37,773 nucleotides of DNA from a virus. Its lineage: Duplodnaviria; Caudoviricetes. The notes below the pieces were generated by a model. It did not search any database and had not been told where the DNA came from. It saw nothing but the letters and a program-made list of their open reading frames with translations. Shown in pieces: positions 35,574 to 37,773 of the stretch. The stretch covers positions 1 to 37,773 of the IMG/VR virus record IMGVR_UViG_3300043442_000686; one strand, written 5' to 3'. Each line of letters starts with the position of its first letter. The stretch's first letter is position 1. The position numbers were made by a program, and so were the translations under genes.

Positions 35574-35765
35574 ATGCAAACTTTCCACTTATACATCAAC
35601 ACGCCAACAGGCGCGTACCTTGGCACGATACAAGCGCCAACCCTAGAGTCAGCCCAGACGGCAGCCGATAAGGCATTCGTACTACCTTGCAAGGTACGGA
35701 CCGTTCCACCGCCCCCTGTTGACGCATGGCGGGTTGGCTCTGACGGCCGCCTGTACCGGCACTGA
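35574..35765 (+). CDS. Hypothetical protein (63 aa)
   Basis: accATG start 22 nt after ardA, followed by a terminator. Confidence 0.65.
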   Translation: MQTFHLYINTPTGAYLGTIQAPTLESAQTAADKAFVLPCKVRTVPPPPVDAWRVGSDGRLYRH

Positions 35766-35788
35766 CCCACTCCTCTCCCCATCCTCCG

Positions 35789-35818
35789 GCCGCGTCTCTC
35801 ACGAGATGCGGCTTTTTT
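35789..35818 (+). terminator. Rho-independent terminator ending the ardA operon
   Basis: GCCGCGTCTC-tcac-GAGATGCGGC followed by T6. Confidence 0.85.
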
Positions 35819-36046
35819 CGTGCCCTTATCCTTCCCGCTCCCCTCTCACCCCTTCCCGCTCTTCTCTCCCATTGTCCGCTGTGCCTACCCTTCCCGCTTC
35901 CTTCCTCCCCTTCTCGCCCCCTTTTTGCGCGTTCTGACGCCATGTTTCTACACGCTCATCTGTACACGTTCCCCTTTCCACCCCTGAATCCAACCTAAGC
36001 AAACTCAACTTAGCAGCGCCTTTCCACCCCTAAATCCCTCTGAAAC

Positions 36047-36397
36047 CCTGATTTTCCACCTAAAACCGTTTTCCGGTTTTCTCCCTTTCAGAAACTTTTT
36101 CACGAAATCGAAAATCCCGCCAACCGTTTCGGATTTGGATCGTTAATCCGGTTTTCTGGCTGGATTCGGATCTGACGCTTGGAAGCACGCTTCGCGTGTC
36201 CGCTGCGCGGGAGCTGCCTGGGCTGGCCGCTCACCCACCGCTCACGCCCTGGGCTGCGCAAACCAGACATAAGTCCGTATGTCCTGTTTTCTGGGTGAAA
36301 CGGTTTTCCGATTTTCTGGGTTTTGGAAAACTTTTCACGAATCTGAAAATCCCGTCAGCGTTTTCGAAACTGGAACGTTGATCCGGTTTTTGGCTGG
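36047..36397. repeat. Degenerate ~116 bp direct repeat pair (36047-36163 and 36283-36397)
   Basis: Manual alignment gives about 89/117 identical columns, including TTTTCACGAA, GAAAATCCCG, ATCCGGTTTT and TGGCTGG. Confidence 0.85.
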
Positions 36398-36476
36398 CCG
36401 TCTCTCCGGCCTGTCACGCCGTTTCTGGCTCAACCGTAATCGAGCCACGCAGTGCGTTCGCGGAAGACTGCTACCT

Positions 36477-36737
36477 TTACCGCACGATGGCGTTCTCTGG
36501 CAACAGAGTTCTCCTGAGCCTACTGATGGCACTGTTGACGGCAGCGGCCTGCGCCGCTGAGCCCCCTGCTTTTCTTGCCTGCAGCAACCTGATGAGTGCG
36601 TCGACTTGGGCGACGCCTGCACTCAGCGAATGTTCTGCGTGCGCTGGCGCTGGCGTGTGCGTCCTGCGGTTGTTTGACTGCTGTATTACCCCCTCGTCCT
36701 CAAACGCACCCAACAGAGTAAACTCGGTGTTCATCAT
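36477..36737 (-). CDS. Hypothetical protein (86 aa)
   Basis: ATGA-coupled to the mom stop, helical C-half. Confidence 0.5.
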   Translation of the reverse strand: MMNTEFTLLGAFEDEGVIQQSNNRRTHTPAPAHAEHSLSAGVAQVDALIRLLQARKAGGSAAQAAAVNSAISRLRRTLLPENAIVR

Positions 36738-37487
36738 TCCAAGAAGAAAGCCGTTTGAAGCTCAATAGCAGCGTCGGCGTTGTACCTGCGACTCTCGCCT
36801 TTTGGGTATGGCTCTACCGTGTACCTCAAAGCTGCCAGCATTGCAGCGCGTTGCTTTCTGCTTCCACAGGCGTAGACGTATCGGTGTTTGCGTGGGCGAT
36901 CCTCTAAGTAGAAGTCATCTCCGTATTTTTCGCGCATCCATTCGGCGCGGTTAGCTTGTCCACGGCTTTCATCTGCCACGGTTGCACCGTGAAGGTGTTC
37001 CTTGCCCTTGATTTTCCAGTCAGTGCGCTTCGCGCTCAGACCGGTGTAAATGAAGTTTGTGGCTTGGTAGATGTACCCTACATGGCCTTGCGCAGTGTCC
37101 GCGTAGCTCACCACCAGCGAAGGCTTCGGGAGCATACGCAGTGACTGACCGACGAGCCGGCTTGCCATGTTCTTTTCGCTCACGCAGCACAAGCGGTTGA
37201 GTTCAAGCACATGATTTGCCCATTCCTTGCCAGCGATTCCATCTCGCAGCGTTGAGCTCGCTGGCGTGCCATATGTCACTACGCCGACAAGTTCAGTCCT
37301 GTTGTATGCACCGAAGGCGAATGAGATTGGACACATACGCCGTGCGTAATGCCGTTGCAGAAGCCATGGCTTTGCTTCCTTGGCTGGAATCTGCGCAACT
37401 CTCAATGCGCTTTGCTGATTGTCCATGGGTGTGTTTTCTCCTGTATTACATCCGACGTCCTCAAGCCTATCAACAGAGTAAACTCGG
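36681..37487. repeat. ~47 bp direct repeat pair flanking mom (36681-36727 and 37441-37487)
   Basis: CTGTATTAC...CGTCCTCAA...CAACAGAGTAAACTCGG in both copies, with a 17 bp exact core. Confidence 0.85.
36734..37426 (-). CDS. mom: Mom-like DNA adenine-modification protein (GNAT fold)
   Basis: HYARR, LVGVVTYG.P, VLELNRL, SLRML, VVSYADTAQGHVGYIYQATNFIYTG, KHRYVY. Start moved to ATG 37426. Confidence 0.82.
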   Translation of the reverse strand: MDNQQSALRVAQIPAKEAKPWLLQRHYARRMCPISFAFGAYNRTELVGVVTYGTPASSTLRDGIAGKEWANHVLELNRLCCVSEKNMASRLVGQSLRMLPKPSLVVSYADTAQGHVGYIYQATNFIYTGLSAKRTDWKIKGKEHLHGATVADESRGQANRAEWMREKYGDDFYLEDRPRKHRYVYACGSRKQRAAMLAALRYTVEPYPKGESRRYNADAAIELQTAFFLE

Positions 37488-37529
37488 GGCTTTTGGGGTG
37501 GTTTTGGGCTGTGGTTTGGGGACGCGTGC

Positions 37530-37773
37530 TCATAACCCAAACTCCTCGGCCATGGTCACACGCACCACCGTGGGCACACACGCCTGCATCCACCGGTCCG
37601 CGTCCAGCAGCAGCCCCTTGTCCCCGCCCCTCCACTCCAGATCCGCCACAACCCGCGACAGAAGCCGCTCCTTGAGCTCGCTGACCACGTGCGTGCCATC
37701 CGCCACCAGCTTCTCCGCTTCCATCAGCTTCTCGCGCAGATCGCTTGCTGCGGCTATCTCGCGGTCGAGCCTC
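37530..37773 (-). CDS. C-terminal part of the junction-spanning 127 aa hypothetical protein
   Basis: Same frame as 1-322 across the terminal repeat. Ends ...MAEEFGL* with an ATGA overlap. Confidence 0.7.
   Translation of the reverse strand, partial: RLDREIAAASDLREKLMEAEKLVADGTHVVSELKERLLSRVVADLEWRGGDKGLLLDADRWMQACVPTVVRVTMAEEFGL
37592..37773. repeat. Terminal direct repeat, right copy
   Basis: Matches 1-182 with one mismatch. Confidence 0.97.

Noticed and set aside
35821-36440. Repeats as a mini-CRISPR array or DGR template/variable repeat
   Set aside because: No regular repeat-spacer period, no reverse transcriptase, and mismatches are not adenine-specific
1-37773. Prophage/integrative lifestyle, tRNA or rRNA genes
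   Set aside because: No integrase, CI-like repressor with peptidase domain, host flanks or cloverleaf seen by eye. A tRNAscan run would be needed to exclude tRNAs fully.

Overview
The window is an apparently complete, circularly permuted ~37.6 kb genome of a P22-like (podovirus-type) tailed dsDNA phage. Bases 1-182 recur at 37592-37773 with one synonymous mismatch, and a gene reads through the junction. Almost all genes are on the minus strand. The morphogenesis block (TerS, TerL, P22-type portal, scaffold, coat, gp4- and gp10-like proteins, a Gly-rich fibre, a GNAT, three ejection proteins, two tailspikes) is followed by a lysis cassette. Next is a replication/recombination block (Cro-like HTH, Sak4-like AAA ATPase, SSB-like protein, SF2 helicase, DUF3310, Cas4-like nuclease, RepB-type primase fused to a RepA/AAA_25 helicase, RusA). 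An anti-restriction island beside terS holds ArdA (plus strand) and a Mom-like GNAT DNA-modification gene (minus strand), converging on ~700 bp of structured non-coding DNA. I see no integrase, CI-like repressor, DNA polymerase, tRNA or CRISPR array. The most unusual signals: (i) a ~116 bp repeat pair in the island whose A/T tracts are conserved while the G/C spacers flip; (ii) a ~47 bp direct repeat bracketing mom; (iii) strong over-representation of the palindrome ACCGGT/RCCGGY; (iv) a shared C-terminal P-x-W-[LM] tail on four proteins of the replication block; (v) an iteron/IHF/hairpin origin candidate after the primase-helicase. All family assignments come from motif recognition by eye, and no database search was run.
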